Position numbers and translations under genes: made by a program. Of a stretch of DNA of 52,539 nt, positions 26,218 to 35,226 are shown in pieces (the first letter of the stretch is position 1; each line of letters opens with the position of its first letter). A model generated the notes under the pieces. The model was not told the DNA's origin. It did no database searches and saw only the letters and a program-made list of their open reading frames with translations. Source of the stretch: a virus (Duplodnaviria > Caudoviricetes). The stretch covers positions 1 to 52,539 of the IMG/VR virus record IMGVR_UViG_3300017700_000625, one strand, 5' to 3'.

Positions 26218-26813
26218 TAGAACAGCGTCGGCTCAATTCGAGCAGACTTGCGCTGCCGTGTTTTGCCAGGGGCTGCGCGCTGCCGCTTAATCGGCTTTGC
26301 GATCCTGACCACGATGGGAGATTGGCGCCGAATGGTTAGCCATTTGCTAAAGGCGGCGGGAAATTCTGTTTTGAGGGCGTGGAGATAGACGCCGCATGCG
26401 TCGGCCTCATCCTCATTGCGCGCGGGCATGCCCCATGCGTTGGCATATTCAACCGCGTTGATCGGCTTGCCGCCGCCGTGGTCATAGATGAGCTTTTTGT
26501 GGGTGGACTGGTCGACCTCCACGCAATCGGCCTGCGCGTGATAGGCGAGGAATTCAACGTGAGCGGTGAGCGCGTATAGCTTGCGCTGCGCGCTGAAATT
26601 GGTGTGGCCGTGCGGCTGAATCGGGGCTTCGAAATAGACGTGGCTGCAGCCTTCAATCAGAGGCCACGCCACCTCAGCCCATTCAGCGACAAGGCGGCCA
26701 AGGTTATCCCTGGCCGCCTCGCGCACGCCGAATGAACCGATGCGCACGGCGCCGCCGGGTTCGCCACGAACCCAACCGGTGCGCCGCGTGCTGGTATCAA
26801 ACGCAACTATCAC
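26217..26813 (-). CDS. RuvC-like Holliday junction resolvase
   Basis: IVAFDTS..RTGW, VYFEAP, NEDEADA catalytic acidic set. Confidence 0.8.
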   Translation of the reverse strand: MIVAFDTSTRRTGWVRGEPGGAVRIGSFGVREAARDNLGRLVAEWAEVAWPLIEGCSHVYFEAPIQPHGHTNFSAQRKLYALTAHVEFLAYHAQADCVEVDQSTHKKLIYDHGGGKPINAVEYANAWGMPARNEDEADACGVYLHALKTEFPAAFSKWLTIRRQSPIVVRIAKPIKRQRAAPGKTRQRKSARIEPTLF

Positions 26814-27706
26814 GCGAATTCGTCTTCCTCGTCGGTGTCGAATTCGTCGTCAGCGTCGGCCACCGGCTTTGACTCGAGGCCAACGCCGGGGGTTCCTTTG
26901 TCGCCCGTTTTGTCATCGGCAAAATCAGGATCGACCACCGGCGCCTTTGTTTCCGGGGTCTTGTCGCCCTTTTTGCCCTTCTGTGCGATGCGCTTGATGG
27001 TGGCGGCCGGGTCCTCTTTTTCGGGCTTCATCGCCGGCGGGCCGGGAGGCTTGGACGCTGCAGCCTTGGCGGCTACGGCATCGGCCAAGCTGGTGACGTT
27101 GCCCTCTGGCTTGGAAGGGTCGGCCAGCGCGTCGCGTTCCTCGCCATCCTCGCCGGCGGTGGGATCCTGCGACTCCACCTCGCCGTCATCGTCGGCATCG
27201 TCCGCGAAATAGTCCTTATTCGCGAACATATCCATGCCCAGCTTTTTCTGGCCCTCATGCCAGCCGGCCATCCAATCCTGATGACGGCCGTTCCATTCCG
27301 GCGGCGGCTTCGGATCATCACCGGCTATGCCGGCGCGGAAGCCTGCAGCGGTGGCGGCGTCGGCGTCGCGCTCCACGTCTTTCGGGAACAGGTCGGCCTG
27401 CTTTCCGACGGGGATTTTCAGCCAGCGCATATAACGCAGGCGTTCGGCCAGGTCGGCGGTGACGTCTTTGGGTTCCATGTCGCGCAGCGTGCGCACGGCG
27501 TCGAAAGTTTTCAGCTTCACGCCCCGGGTTTTCAGGTCTTTGCGGAAACGGCCGATTGCCCTGTTCAGCGCCTCACGCTGCGCCTCGAATTTATCCATGC
27601 GGCGATTTGCGGCATGAAAGGTGGCCTCCATGATATCGTCTGGCAGGCCGTCGATATTGTCCCCCGGAACCGCTTCACGCGGCGGGGCCTCTGGTTTTCT
27701 CGCCAT
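26810..27706 (-). CDS. GapR-like plus RMF-like domain protein with acidic tail
   Basis: RKDLKTRGVKLKTFDAVRTLRDM; AGFRAGIAG...P...WMAGWHEG; start reassigned to ATG 27706. Confidence 0.6.
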   Translation of the reverse strand: MARKPEAPPREAVPGDNIDGLPDDIMEATFHAANRRMDKFEAQREALNRAIGRFRKDLKTRGVKLKTFDAVRTLRDMEPKDVTADLAERLRYMRWLKIPVGKQADLFPKDVERDADAATAAGFRAGIAGDDPKPPPEWNGRHQDWMAGWHEGQKKLGMDMFANKDYFADDADDDGEVESQDPTAGEDGEERDALADPSKPEGNVTSLADAVAAKAAASKPPGPPAMKPEKEDPAATIKRIAQKGKKGDKTPETKAPVVDPDFADDKTGDKGTPGVGLESKPVADADDEFDTDEEDEFA

Positions 27707-27773
27707 AGTCGGGTCGCTCCTGTTTGTGTGGTGACGTGGTGGTCCGCTTGCCGCGCCTGCATCGCGTGTGTGG

Positions 27774-28013
27774 TTAGGCCTTTTTAGGCAGGTTCGCCCT
27801 GAACTCTCTGACTGCGTCGCGGATGGCGTCAACAGCGTCGAGAGTTTTGTTAGAATATCCGGGCTGAATCATTGAATTGACTGTGGAGAGCGGGAGGCCG
27901 ATCGCGTCGGCCAGAGCCTGGCCGGTGATGGCTTTGGCCTTCACCATCCGCCTGGCAGCGGCAAGGGGCGAGTAGCAATTGGCTTTCGGTTTTTCGGGGG
28001 CGTTGTTCGTCAA
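27774..28013 (-). CDS. Cro/XRE-like HTH regulator (79 aa)
   Basis: TGQALADAIGLPLSTVNSM HTH; TTG start after SD ggag; first gene after the operator-containing promoter. Confidence 0.75.
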   Translation of the reverse strand: MTNNAPEKPKANCYSPLAAARRMVKAKAITGQALADAIGLPLSTVNSMIQPGYSNKTLDAVDAIRDAVREFRANLPKKA

Positions 28014-28049
28014 GTTCGTTTTCTCCGGTTGCACGCCAGCGCGAAAACC

Positions 28050-28114
28050 AATATACAGAATTCTGGCGAGGCGGCAACACTCGGTTAAGCTTCGCGGTCT
28101 AGGTTGGATGCAGG
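28050..28114. promoter_or_regulatory. Divergent control region 2: leftward TTGCCG-N5-CCAGAATTCTG-TATATT; rightward GCAA-N7-TTAAG-N10-TAGGTT
   Basis: Operator 28055-28066; box 28074-28089; TGCAGG at 28109. Confidence 0.75.
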
Positions 28115-28136
28115 CCCAACCAGAAGGATTGCCCAA

Positions 28137-28376
28137 ATGAACGTCGATTTCATCGCTCGCACCATGCGCCCGCTGTTCAAGCGCGTGGCCGTCAACGCCA
28201 ACGCCGCGGCTGAGGATACGCTCAACATTACGACGGCCAGCACGGCCGTTCGCGCCAAGTACCTGCGCAATGTCATGGCGCGGATTGCCGAGGCCGAGAA
28301 AGCCCACGCCGCGCTGATGGTGAAAAAGGCGTGGGTTGAGGAACTGCTGGATGAAGTCAGGTATGAGCGCGCGTGA
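28137..28376 (+). CDS. Hypothetical protein
   Basis: SD aagga before ATG 28137. Confidence 0.65.
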   Translation: MNVDFIARTMRPLFKRVAVNANAAAEDTLNITTASTAVRAKYLRNVMARIAEAEKAHAALMVKKAWVEELLDEVRYERA

Positions 28377-28672
28377 TGAAAAGCCTTTCCTCCCGCGCCC
28401 GTATGGCAATCCGAACCTTGGCGAGAGGCGGGTCAATTATCGATTGGCTTCCGCGTCTGCGCCGCGTCAATGAGAAGGTGATTGCATTGAAAACACTGGC
28501 GCCGCCTCGCCTGAAAGCGAAAAACGGAACGCGCATTTCCGGCTTTGCGGCGGGGACATTCATTGAACTTGTTGACGCCGGGATGATCGAACGCGCTTGG
28601 GCGGCATCCGCTCAATTTGTCCTGACTGCCAAGGGAAAACAGGAAGCCACAAAACTGATTGAGCGCGCGTGA
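28373..28672 (+). CDS. Basic winged-helix-like protein
   Basis: LVDAGMIE...FVLTAKG. Confidence 0.55.
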   Translation: MMKSLSSRARMAIRTLARGGSIIDWLPRLRRVNEKVIALKTLAPPRLKAKNGTRISGFAAGTFIELVDAGMIERAWAASAQFVLTAKGKQEATKLIERA

Positions 28673-28935
28673 TGGCCAACGACTCCGACTCCTATCTGAT
28701 CTGGTCGAATGAGCATCGCGCTTATTGGAAGCCGCGCAGCAGCGGCTACACCACGTCGATTGACGGCGCCGGGATATACAGCCGCGATGAAGCGCTGTGC
28801 ATCTGCGGTGACGCCAATATGCTGCGCTGTCGCACCTACATGCCCAACGAATTGCCTGTTCGGCTAGAAGACGCGCTCATAGCGTGTTCGACCATGAGCA
28901 AGGCCGCAGGAAAGCGGGAGAGGGGTTCAGGATGA
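28669..28935 (+). CDS. Phage hypothetical protein
   Basis: YLIWSNEHRAYW...GYT...AGIYS..EA. Confidence 0.7.
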   Translation: MMANDSDSYLIWSNEHRAYWKPRSSGYTTSIDGAGIYSRDEALCICGDANMLRCRTYMPNELPVRLEDALIACSTMSKAAGKRERGSG

Positions 28936-29321
28936 GCGATAAGCCGAAGCCAATGCACTACAGCACCGACCCGGCAAAGGTCGCGGCGCTTGTCGCCGCT
29001 GCGCATCGAATAGTTGACGGACTCCCGCGCGTAGTTGTTCGCGATGTAACTGTTTATGGTTCCGCCTTGGCGGCGCTTGCCGATGCGTTGGCTATCCTAG
29101 AGGTGCCGGATGCTGGCGGGACGATTGACGGCCGCTGGCCAGCGCTCGCCACGATGCAGGAGCGTTATAGCTCCATGCTTTCGGCGTTGCGGCCGTTCGC
29201 TCTTTTCAAGCGCGAAAACCCGCACGTAATCTGGCGCATTCTAGGTGAGGGCAAGGCGCAGCTTCACGATAGGGATTTTCAGTTAGCCGCCGACATTTTC
29301 GAAAAGTGCGGCGGCGAATAG
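28932..29321 (+). CDS. Hypothetical protein
   Basis: ATGA-coupled start. Confidence 0.6.
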   Translation: MSDKPKPMHYSTDPAKVAALVAAAHRIVDGLPRVVVRDVTVYGSALAALADALAILEVPDAGGTIDGRWPALATMQERYSSMLSALRPFALFKRENPHVIWRILGEGKAQLHDRDFQLAADIFEKCGGE

Positions 29322-29358
29322 CTCCGTTTGGTTCATCACGTAAAGAGGCAGCAGGACA

Positions 29359-30855
29359 ATGAAAATTATCGAACTGAAGGTCACCGACCTTAAGCGCATC
29401 CATGCGGTGGATATCGTCCCGCGCAGCAATCTGGTGGAGATTGCGGGCAACAATGGCGAGGGCAAAACCTCCATCCTTGACGCCATCTGGTATGCGCTTG
29501 GCGGCAAGGCGAACATTCCGCGCGAGCCGGTGCGCGGCGGCGCCGAGGAAGCCGTCATTGAAATGACCGTGGGTGACTACATCATCACGCGGCGCATTCA
29601 GCGCGACGGGAAAACAACCATCAGCGTTGCAAACGCTGACGGCATGCGCGCGGCCAAGCCGCAGGACGTGCTTGATTCACTGGTGGGTGACCTCACGTTC
29701 GACCCGCTGCTTTTCATCCGCAAGCCGGTTGACCAGCAACTCGAAATGCTGCGCGGCTTTGCCGATGGCGTCGACTTTGACGATATGGACGCGCGCGAAA
29801 AGGAAGCGTTCAACGCTCGCCGCGACCATAACCGCGACGTGAAATCGCTGCAGGCCATCGTGGATGCCGCGCCCAAACAGGCGGCCGACGTCGACGTCAT
29901 CGATATGGCGGCGCTAGAGGATCGGCTGGCAAAGACGCAGACGCGGAACCAGAGAATCCGCGACGCCACCACCAAACGCGCGGCAGAGGATCGCGAACTA
30001 GCCGAGGCGACAGAGCGCCGCGCCAACAATGTGAAGCGCGCCGAGGAACTGCGCGCCGAGGCTGCGGAACTGATCGCGGCCGCCAAAGAGCATGACGATA
30101 GGGCCAATGAACTGACCGTCACCATGGGCGATCTGCAGGCCGTCATCAGCGCGCGCAAACAGGAGATTCCGCCTCTGGTGGATGAGTCCGCAATCCTCAA
30201 GGAAATGCGCGAGGCGCGCGAGCATAACCAAATCATCGCCGGCGCCGCCTTGGCGATGGACCGCGCGAAGGTTGACCGCGAACGGCTGGCCACCGCGCAG
30301 GCCGCTGCCAAGAAAGCTGACGACACACTCGAGTCCATCCGCGAGGAACGGGAAAAGGCGCTGAAGTCCATTCACCTCCCCATCAAGGGGCTGGAAATCA
30401 AGGCCGATGGAATCGACCTGAACGGCCACCCGCTTGAACAGGCGAGCGATGCGCAGCAACTGCGCGTCGGCATCGCCCTGGCCATGAAGGCAAATCCGAA
30501 GCTGCGCGTTATCCGCATCCGCGATGGCTCGCTGTTGGATGACGCGGCAATGGAGGCGCTGCGCGACATGGCCGACACAGAAGACTTTCAGCTGTGGATT
30601 GAGCGTGTCGGCGCCGGTGGTGCTGATGCCATCGTTATCGAGGATGGCCGCGTCAAAGGCGCTGAGGATCCCGCACCGAAGGCGGCCGCGAAGAAACCGC
30701 CCAAGGCCGGGAAGAAAGATGCGCCACCACCTCCCGCCGAAAAACAGCTACCGCTGCAGCCGCCGACTCCCGGCGATCCGCCCGCCGATGAGGTGGACGA
30801 ATTCGCGGACGATCAGGCCGACGCGACCGAAGCTGATGAAGACGAGTTTGATTGA
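29359..30855 (+). CDS. SMC/Rad50(SbcC)-like coiled-coil ATPase
   Basis: GNNGEGKTS Walker A, central coiled coil, ASDAQ signature, IRDGSLLD. Confidence 0.88.
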   Translation: MKIIELKVTDLKRIHAVDIVPRSNLVEIAGNNGEGKTSILDAIWYALGGKANIPREPVRGGAEEAVIEMTVGDYIITRRIQRDGKTTISVANADGMRAAKPQDVLDSLVGDLTFDPLLFIRKPVDQQLEMLRGFADGVDFDDMDAREKEAFNARRDHNRDVKSLQAIVDAAPKQAADVDVIDMAALEDRLAKTQTRNQRIRDATTKRAAEDRELAEATERRANNVKRAEELRAEAAELIAAAKEHDDRANELTVTMGDLQAVISARKQEIPPLVDESAILKEMREAREHNQIIAGAALAMDRAKVDRERLATAQAAAKKADDTLESIREEREKALKSIHLPIKGLEIKADGIDLNGHPLEQASDAQQLRVGIALAMKANPKLRVIRIRDGSLLDDAAMEALRDMADTEDFQLWIERVGAGGADAIVIEDGRVKGAEDPAPKAAAKKPPKAGKKDAPPPPAEKQLPLQPPTPGDPPADEVDEFADDQADATEADEDEFD

Positions 30856-31049
30856 TGAGCAACACCGCCAGCGAACGCGCCGCAGACCGAATTCACGCTG
30901 ACTTAGAGGCGATGATTGCCGATGCAGACCGACATGCTAGAGGCGATGAAAGTGGCCGCTGGCTGTTGGTGCGCAACAAACTGCGCGAGGCGCGCGCTGC
31001 TGTCACGCTCTGCATGTGTGAGCGTGACAGGCGCATAGCTGGCGGTTGA
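30852..31049 (+). CDS. Hypothetical protein
   Basis: Coupled to upstream gene. Confidence 0.55.
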   Translation: MMSNTASERAADRIHADLEAMIADADRHARGDESGRWLLVRNKLREARAAVTLCMCERDRRIAGG

Positions 31050-31073
31050 TCGCGCGCCAGAATTCTGTATATA
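31046..31073 (+). promoter_or_regulatory. Promoter TTGATC-N5-CCAGAATTCTG-TATATA
   Basis: Shares 18 bp (CGCCAGAATTCTGTATAT) with the cro promoter, in inverted orientation. Confidence 0.8.
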
Positions 31074-31105
31074 GCTAACAGAACCTTTGCAGGACAAGGA
31101 ATCCC

Positions 31106-32278
31106 ATGGCCAAGAAACCCAAGCCGTTTCCGATGAAACCGGCGCCCGAACTAGCGGGCCTCAAATGCCGTGAGCCAGGCGTATATGCCGACTGGCCGGC
31201 GCGCGAGTATCATGCAGATGAGGCGCTGAGCTTTTCGCGGGAGCGGAAACTAGCCATCGGGCCTATGGCGTTTTGGCATTCCAGCCCGTGGAACCCTAAC
31301 AAGGTGTTAGATGAAGACAGCACGGCCGCGCAGATTAAGGGCAACGCCTACCATAAGCGCATTCTGGAAGGGTCGGCCGCGTTCGCCGCCGCCTATGCTG
31401 TCCCGCCGACGGCCGCCGACTATCCCAACGCGCTGGACGGCCAGCGGGCGCTTGCTGCTGAACTCGAGGCCAACGGCCTGAAGAAATCGGGGAGCGTTGG
31501 CGAGCTTGTCGCGCGCATCAAAGAAAACAAATTGCCCGTTCAGCTGATGGCCGACGTGATGGCCGAATGGGAAAAGGAACACGGCAAAAAGCAAAAGCTG
31601 AAACCTGAACTGCTGCGTGAAGTGGAGTTCGCGGCCAGCATTTGCGAACAGCACCCCGACATTTCGCCGCTGTTCAAGCGCGGGCGGCCAGAGGTCAGCG
31701 TGTGTTACATCACGCGCGCCGGCGTTCCAATGCGCATGCGGATGGACTGGACGGCGCCCGGCCTCATCGTTGATCTTAAGACGATGGCGAACAGCACGGG
31801 CCAGCCGTTCCCTGTTGCTGTCGCGCGCACCATCACCAGCGAGTTCTATCACGTGCAAGCGCGCATCGCGGCCGAAGCCTATGAGGCCGCCTTGCAGATG
31901 CCTGACGAGTGCTGGCATGGGTTCACGCCCGAGGAAATCGCGGAGTATCGCGCAGCGCCTGAACCGCAGTTCCGGTTTCTGTTTGTCGGATCCCCGGCGC
32001 CGGAAATCTGCCAGCGCATTCTGGGGCCAGAGGTGCCGATTGATTACGCGCATTTCCCCGATGGGACTCCCGTGGTCGGCGGCCCCGCAACTGAGCCGTC
32101 ATCGCTCTGGCGGTCGGCGGAAAATATCCATGAGCAAATGCAGGCGCGGTTTTACTACTTCTGGAAACTGTATGGCCGCAAGCCGTGGTTTGATGCAGCG
32201 CCAGCAATCGGGCTGCGCGATTCATCACCCGGGATTTTCTCCGGCTCACTCACCCGCGAAAACGAATTGGAGGGCTAG
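31106..32278 (+). CDS. RecE/exonuclease VIII-like PD-(D/E)XK nuclease (DUF3799-like)
   Basis: YHAD.ALSFS, GNAYH..ILE, EVS, RMD, IVDLKT, YHVQA. Confidence 0.85.
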   Translation: MAKKPKPFPMKPAPELAGLKCREPGVYADWPAREYHADEALSFSRERKLAIGPMAFWHSSPWNPNKVLDEDSTAAQIKGNAYHKRILEGSAAFAAAYAVPPTAADYPNALDGQRALAAELEANGLKKSGSVGELVARIKENKLPVQLMADVMAEWEKEHGKKQKLKPELLREVEFAASICEQHPDISPLFKRGRPEVSVCYITRAGVPMRMRMDWTAPGLIVDLKTMANSTGQPFPVAVARTITSEFYHVQARIAAEAYEAALQMPDECWHGFTPEEIAEYRAAPEPQFRFLFVGSPAPEICQRILGPEVPIDYAHFPDGTPVVGGPATEPSSLWRSAENIHEQMQARFYYFWKLYGRKPWFDAAPAIGLRDSSPGIFSGSLTRENELEG

Positions 32279-32281
32279 GCC

Positions 32282-33568
32282 ATGGCCGATGACACCAGCG
32301 ACCCGCACGCGAAGCTTGAGTTTCGCGTGGCCAAGGCGGTCAAGAAAGATATTCGCGCTATCGTCATGCTCTATGGCAAAAGCGGCAGCGGAAAAACCTA
32401 TTCGGCGCTGCGCATCGCGCGCGGTCTAGTCGGCCCCAAGGGTGTCATTGGCGTGCTGGATACCGAACACCGGCGCGGCCTCTACTATTCCGATGACTTC
32501 GAATATGTGCATGCGGAAATGAAAGCGCCCTATTCGCCCGCGCGCTATCTGCAGGCGCTGCGCGAGTTCGAACGCCAGGGCGTTGACTGCATGATTGTGG
32601 ACAGCCTCAGCCACATTCAGGAGGGTGAAGGCGGCCTGATCGAAATGGCTGAAAAGCAAGGCGAGTCCATGAAGTCTGACAGCTTCGCGAAGTGGGCAAA
32701 GCCAAAGGCGGAATGGAAGCGCGTTCGCAACGCCTTTCTTCAGTCGCCTATACATCTGGTTTTTTGCGCACGCGCAAAGAACCCGCTCGAGCCGGGCGAG
32801 GGCCGTAAGATGGTCAAGGGCGATCTTGTCCCCATCGTCCCCGCCGACTTTGAATATGAGGTGGTTATCAGTCTGGGGATTGAGGTGGATACGCACCAAA
32901 TCATTCCCACGAAACTGCCCAACCAGCTGGCCGGCGCCTTCCCGCTTGACCAGTTCATCACCGAACAATCCGGCCGCGCGCTCGCCCAATGGCTGGACGG
33001 TCAGAAGATTGTCGACCCCGCTTTTGAGGCGCTGAAAGACGAGGGCCGCGCCGCTGCATCGCAAGGCCCGGCAGCGCTGAAAAACTGGTGGGTGAACCTT
33101 GGCGGAAACAACCAGCGCCGCCTCACCGAATTCAAAGATGACGTGTTGAAGCCGCTTGCGGAAAAGGGTTCAGCCCCGGCCACGCAGGCAGCATCAGGCG
33201 CCGACGCCTCCACCGGAACGCCAGCCCGTGCGGAGTCGTCGGCGCCACCCCCTAAGCGGGATGAGCCGCAAGCGCGCGATGAGCCGCCGACGCCGGCCGC
33301 AGATGATCGCGGCGAGTCGAATGAGTTCGACTTTGACGAACCAGCGAAGCCGGCCGCCACGCGCGAGCCATTCCCTGAAATCAAGGTGGCCAACCCACCC
33401 AACTGGATTCGCACGGCGCTGGCGCTCTGCGACGTCATCGACTCCCGGCCGAATGAGGCGGCCGTGATCGAACAGCACTATGCGGACCTGTTGGCGCAGA
33501 TGGAGAAGAACTCAGCGCGCGCGTTCGAAAGTGTGCAGGACTCGTTTAAGACGGCGCGTGAATCGTGA
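32282..33568 (+). CDS. Sak4-like (AAA_24) ssDNA-annealing ATPase
   Basis: YGKSGSGKTYSAL, LDTE, IVDSLSH, FEYE; follows the exonuclease. Confidence 0.85.
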   Translation: MADDTSDPHAKLEFRVAKAVKKDIRAIVMLYGKSGSGKTYSALRIARGLVGPKGVIGVLDTEHRRGLYYSDDFEYVHAEMKAPYSPARYLQALREFERQGVDCMIVDSLSHIQEGEGGLIEMAEKQGESMKSDSFAKWAKPKAEWKRVRNAFLQSPIHLVFCARAKNPLEPGEGRKMVKGDLVPIVPADFEYEVVISLGIEVDTHQIIPTKLPNQLAGAFPLDQFITEQSGRALAQWLDGQKIVDPAFEALKDEGRAAASQGPAALKNWWVNLGGNNQRRLTEFKDDVLKPLAEKGSAPATQAASGADASTGTPARAESSAPPPKRDEPQARDEPPTPAADDRGESNEFDFDEPAKPAATREPFPEIKVANPPNWIRTALALCDVIDSRPNEAAVIEQHYADLLAQMEKNSARAFESVQDSFKTARES

Positions 33569-35226
33569 GCATCGCGAAAACCCCCATTGCCATCGGGCCT
33601 GACCTCTATCTGCATCCGGTGGCGCTGCATGAGTCCCCGAACGTGCTGGCGTTCGGCGGGCCGGGCGCAGGAAAAACCACGCTGATGCGCGTGCTACTCG
33701 AGCGCGCGCCGCCGCAGTTCCTGCAGATTATCGTGGACACTGAAGACGAGTTGGAAACGCTGCGGGACACCGGCCGCGAATATCTCATTCTTGGCGGTGA
33801 GAATGCAGACGCGCCCGGCCTCGAGGAAATGCCATGGCGCGACCTGGCCGCCATCGTTCTGAAGATGGGCGCGAACGTCATATTTCAGATTAACGACTGG
33901 TCAATTAGGAAACAGCGTGAATTCATCGGCGCTTTTGTTGAGGGGCTGTTGGCGACGCCGCGCGACAAGTGGCGGCCCATCCTGTTCGCGCTGGACGAAA
34001 GTGACCAATATTGTCCGAACGGCCCCACGGTCGACTCGAGTGACGCGCTGGTGATGCTCGCAAAGCGCGGCCGCAAACGCGGCTGGTCTTGCCTGTTCGC
34101 CACTCAGCGCATCGCCATGCTGTCCCCCGATCTGCGCGGCATGTGTCCCAATATCGCAATCGGGATGGCCAACCAGAGCCTAGACGTTCGGGCGGGCGCG
34201 CAGGCCATCGGCGTGGCGCCAGCCAGCAAAGAGGCAAAGGCGCTGCTGTCCCTCATGCCTGGCGAATTCTTCATAGGCGGGCCAGCGTTTGCCGTGCGGC
34301 CGCCGGCGCGCCATCGCGTCGACAAGTCCGTCAGCCGCGCGCCTAAGCCCGGTTCGCAGGCCACCCCAAATAGGGCCGGTTCAAAAGCCATCCTGAAAGC
34401 GCTGGCCGCGCTGCCGAAGCCGAAGCCACCACCGGCGCCGGCCGCGCAGGCGAGCGAAGCGCCCGCCGTCATCACGCGCGAGGTTGTCGACGTCGAGGCC
34501 ACCGCCCGCGCCGCGGCTGAGGCCTCAGAGGCGGCCACCGCGAAGGCCTACGCCGCCGCCGCCAAGGCGCTGCGCAGCCTGGCTGACAAGGTGGAGGCCC
34601 GTTCGCTGAACGGTGACGCGACGCCGGCGGCGCATAAACCGGCCGCCCTGTTGCATAATCCGCCCCCGGTTGCGCATGAAACCCGCCCGATGGTGCATAA
34701 ATCGAACGGCCATCCGGCAGACCGGCCCCCGGTTAATCCGACGGTTTCACCCCCGCCAGAGGGCCTGCAGCCGCGTCACGTGCGGATGCTTGAGGCCGTC
34801 GCCTTTTGGGCAAGCATCGGAATGGCAGCGCCCACGCGCCAACAGGTTGCCGCCGCCGCCGGGACGCATCCGGGGAACCGCAACTTTCAGAACCTGATGG
34901 GCCAGCTGCATGCGGGCGGATGGGTCGAGTTCCCGCAGCCCGGAAGCGTCAGCCTGACGGCCACGGGGCGGGCGGCGGCGCCACCACAGGACAGGGGAAG
35001 CGTGCGGGAGCGCCTGAACGGCCTGCTACAGCCCCGGCATACGCGCCTAGTCGACGCCATGCCGCGCGACGGGCGAGCCGTCACCCGCGATGATCTGGCC
35101 GCAGTCATGGGCGTGACGCCTGCCAACCGCAATTTTCAGAACCTCTGCGGCCAGCTTCACGGCTGGGGCATCACATGCCATCCGAAGCCCGGCCTGGTCG
35201 CCGTTCACCCGTGGGTCTGGAAGTGA
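33565..35226 (+). CDS. HerA/FtsK (DUF87) ATPase with tandem C-terminal winged-helix repeats
   Basis: GGPGAGKT, VDTEDE, FALDES, KRGRKRG, ATQR; two NRNFQNL repeats. Confidence 0.85.
   Translation: MSIAKTPIAIGPDLYLHPVALHESPNVLAFGGPGAGKTTLMRVLLERAPPQFLQIIVDTEDELETLRDTGREYLILGGENADAPGLEEMPWRDLAAIVLKMGANVIFQINDWSIRKQREFIGAFVEGLLATPRDKWRPILFALDESDQYCPNGPTVDSSDALVMLAKRGRKRGWSCLFATQRIAMLSPDLRGMCPNIAIGMANQSLDVRAGAQAIGVAPASKEAKALLSLMPGEFFIGGPAFAVRPPARHRVDKSVSRAPKPGSQATPNRAGSKAILKALAALPKPKPPPAPAAQASEAPAVITREVVDVEATARAAAEASEAATAKAYAAAAKALRSLADKVEARSLNGDATPAAHKPAALLHNPPPVAHETRPMVHKSNGHPADRPPVNPTVSPPPEGLQPRHVRMLEAVAFWASIGMAAPTRQQVAAAAGTHPGNRNFQNLMGQLHAGGWVEFPQPGSVSLTATGRAAAPPQDRGSVRERLNGLLQPRHTRLVDAMPRDGRAVTRDDLAAVMGVTPANRNFQNLCGQLHGWGITCHPKPGLVAVHPWVWK

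Noticed and set aside
28014-28436. 220-aa version of the HTH ORF as a CI repressor
   Set aside because: The extension is antisense to real genes and crosses the promoter region; no peptidase domain
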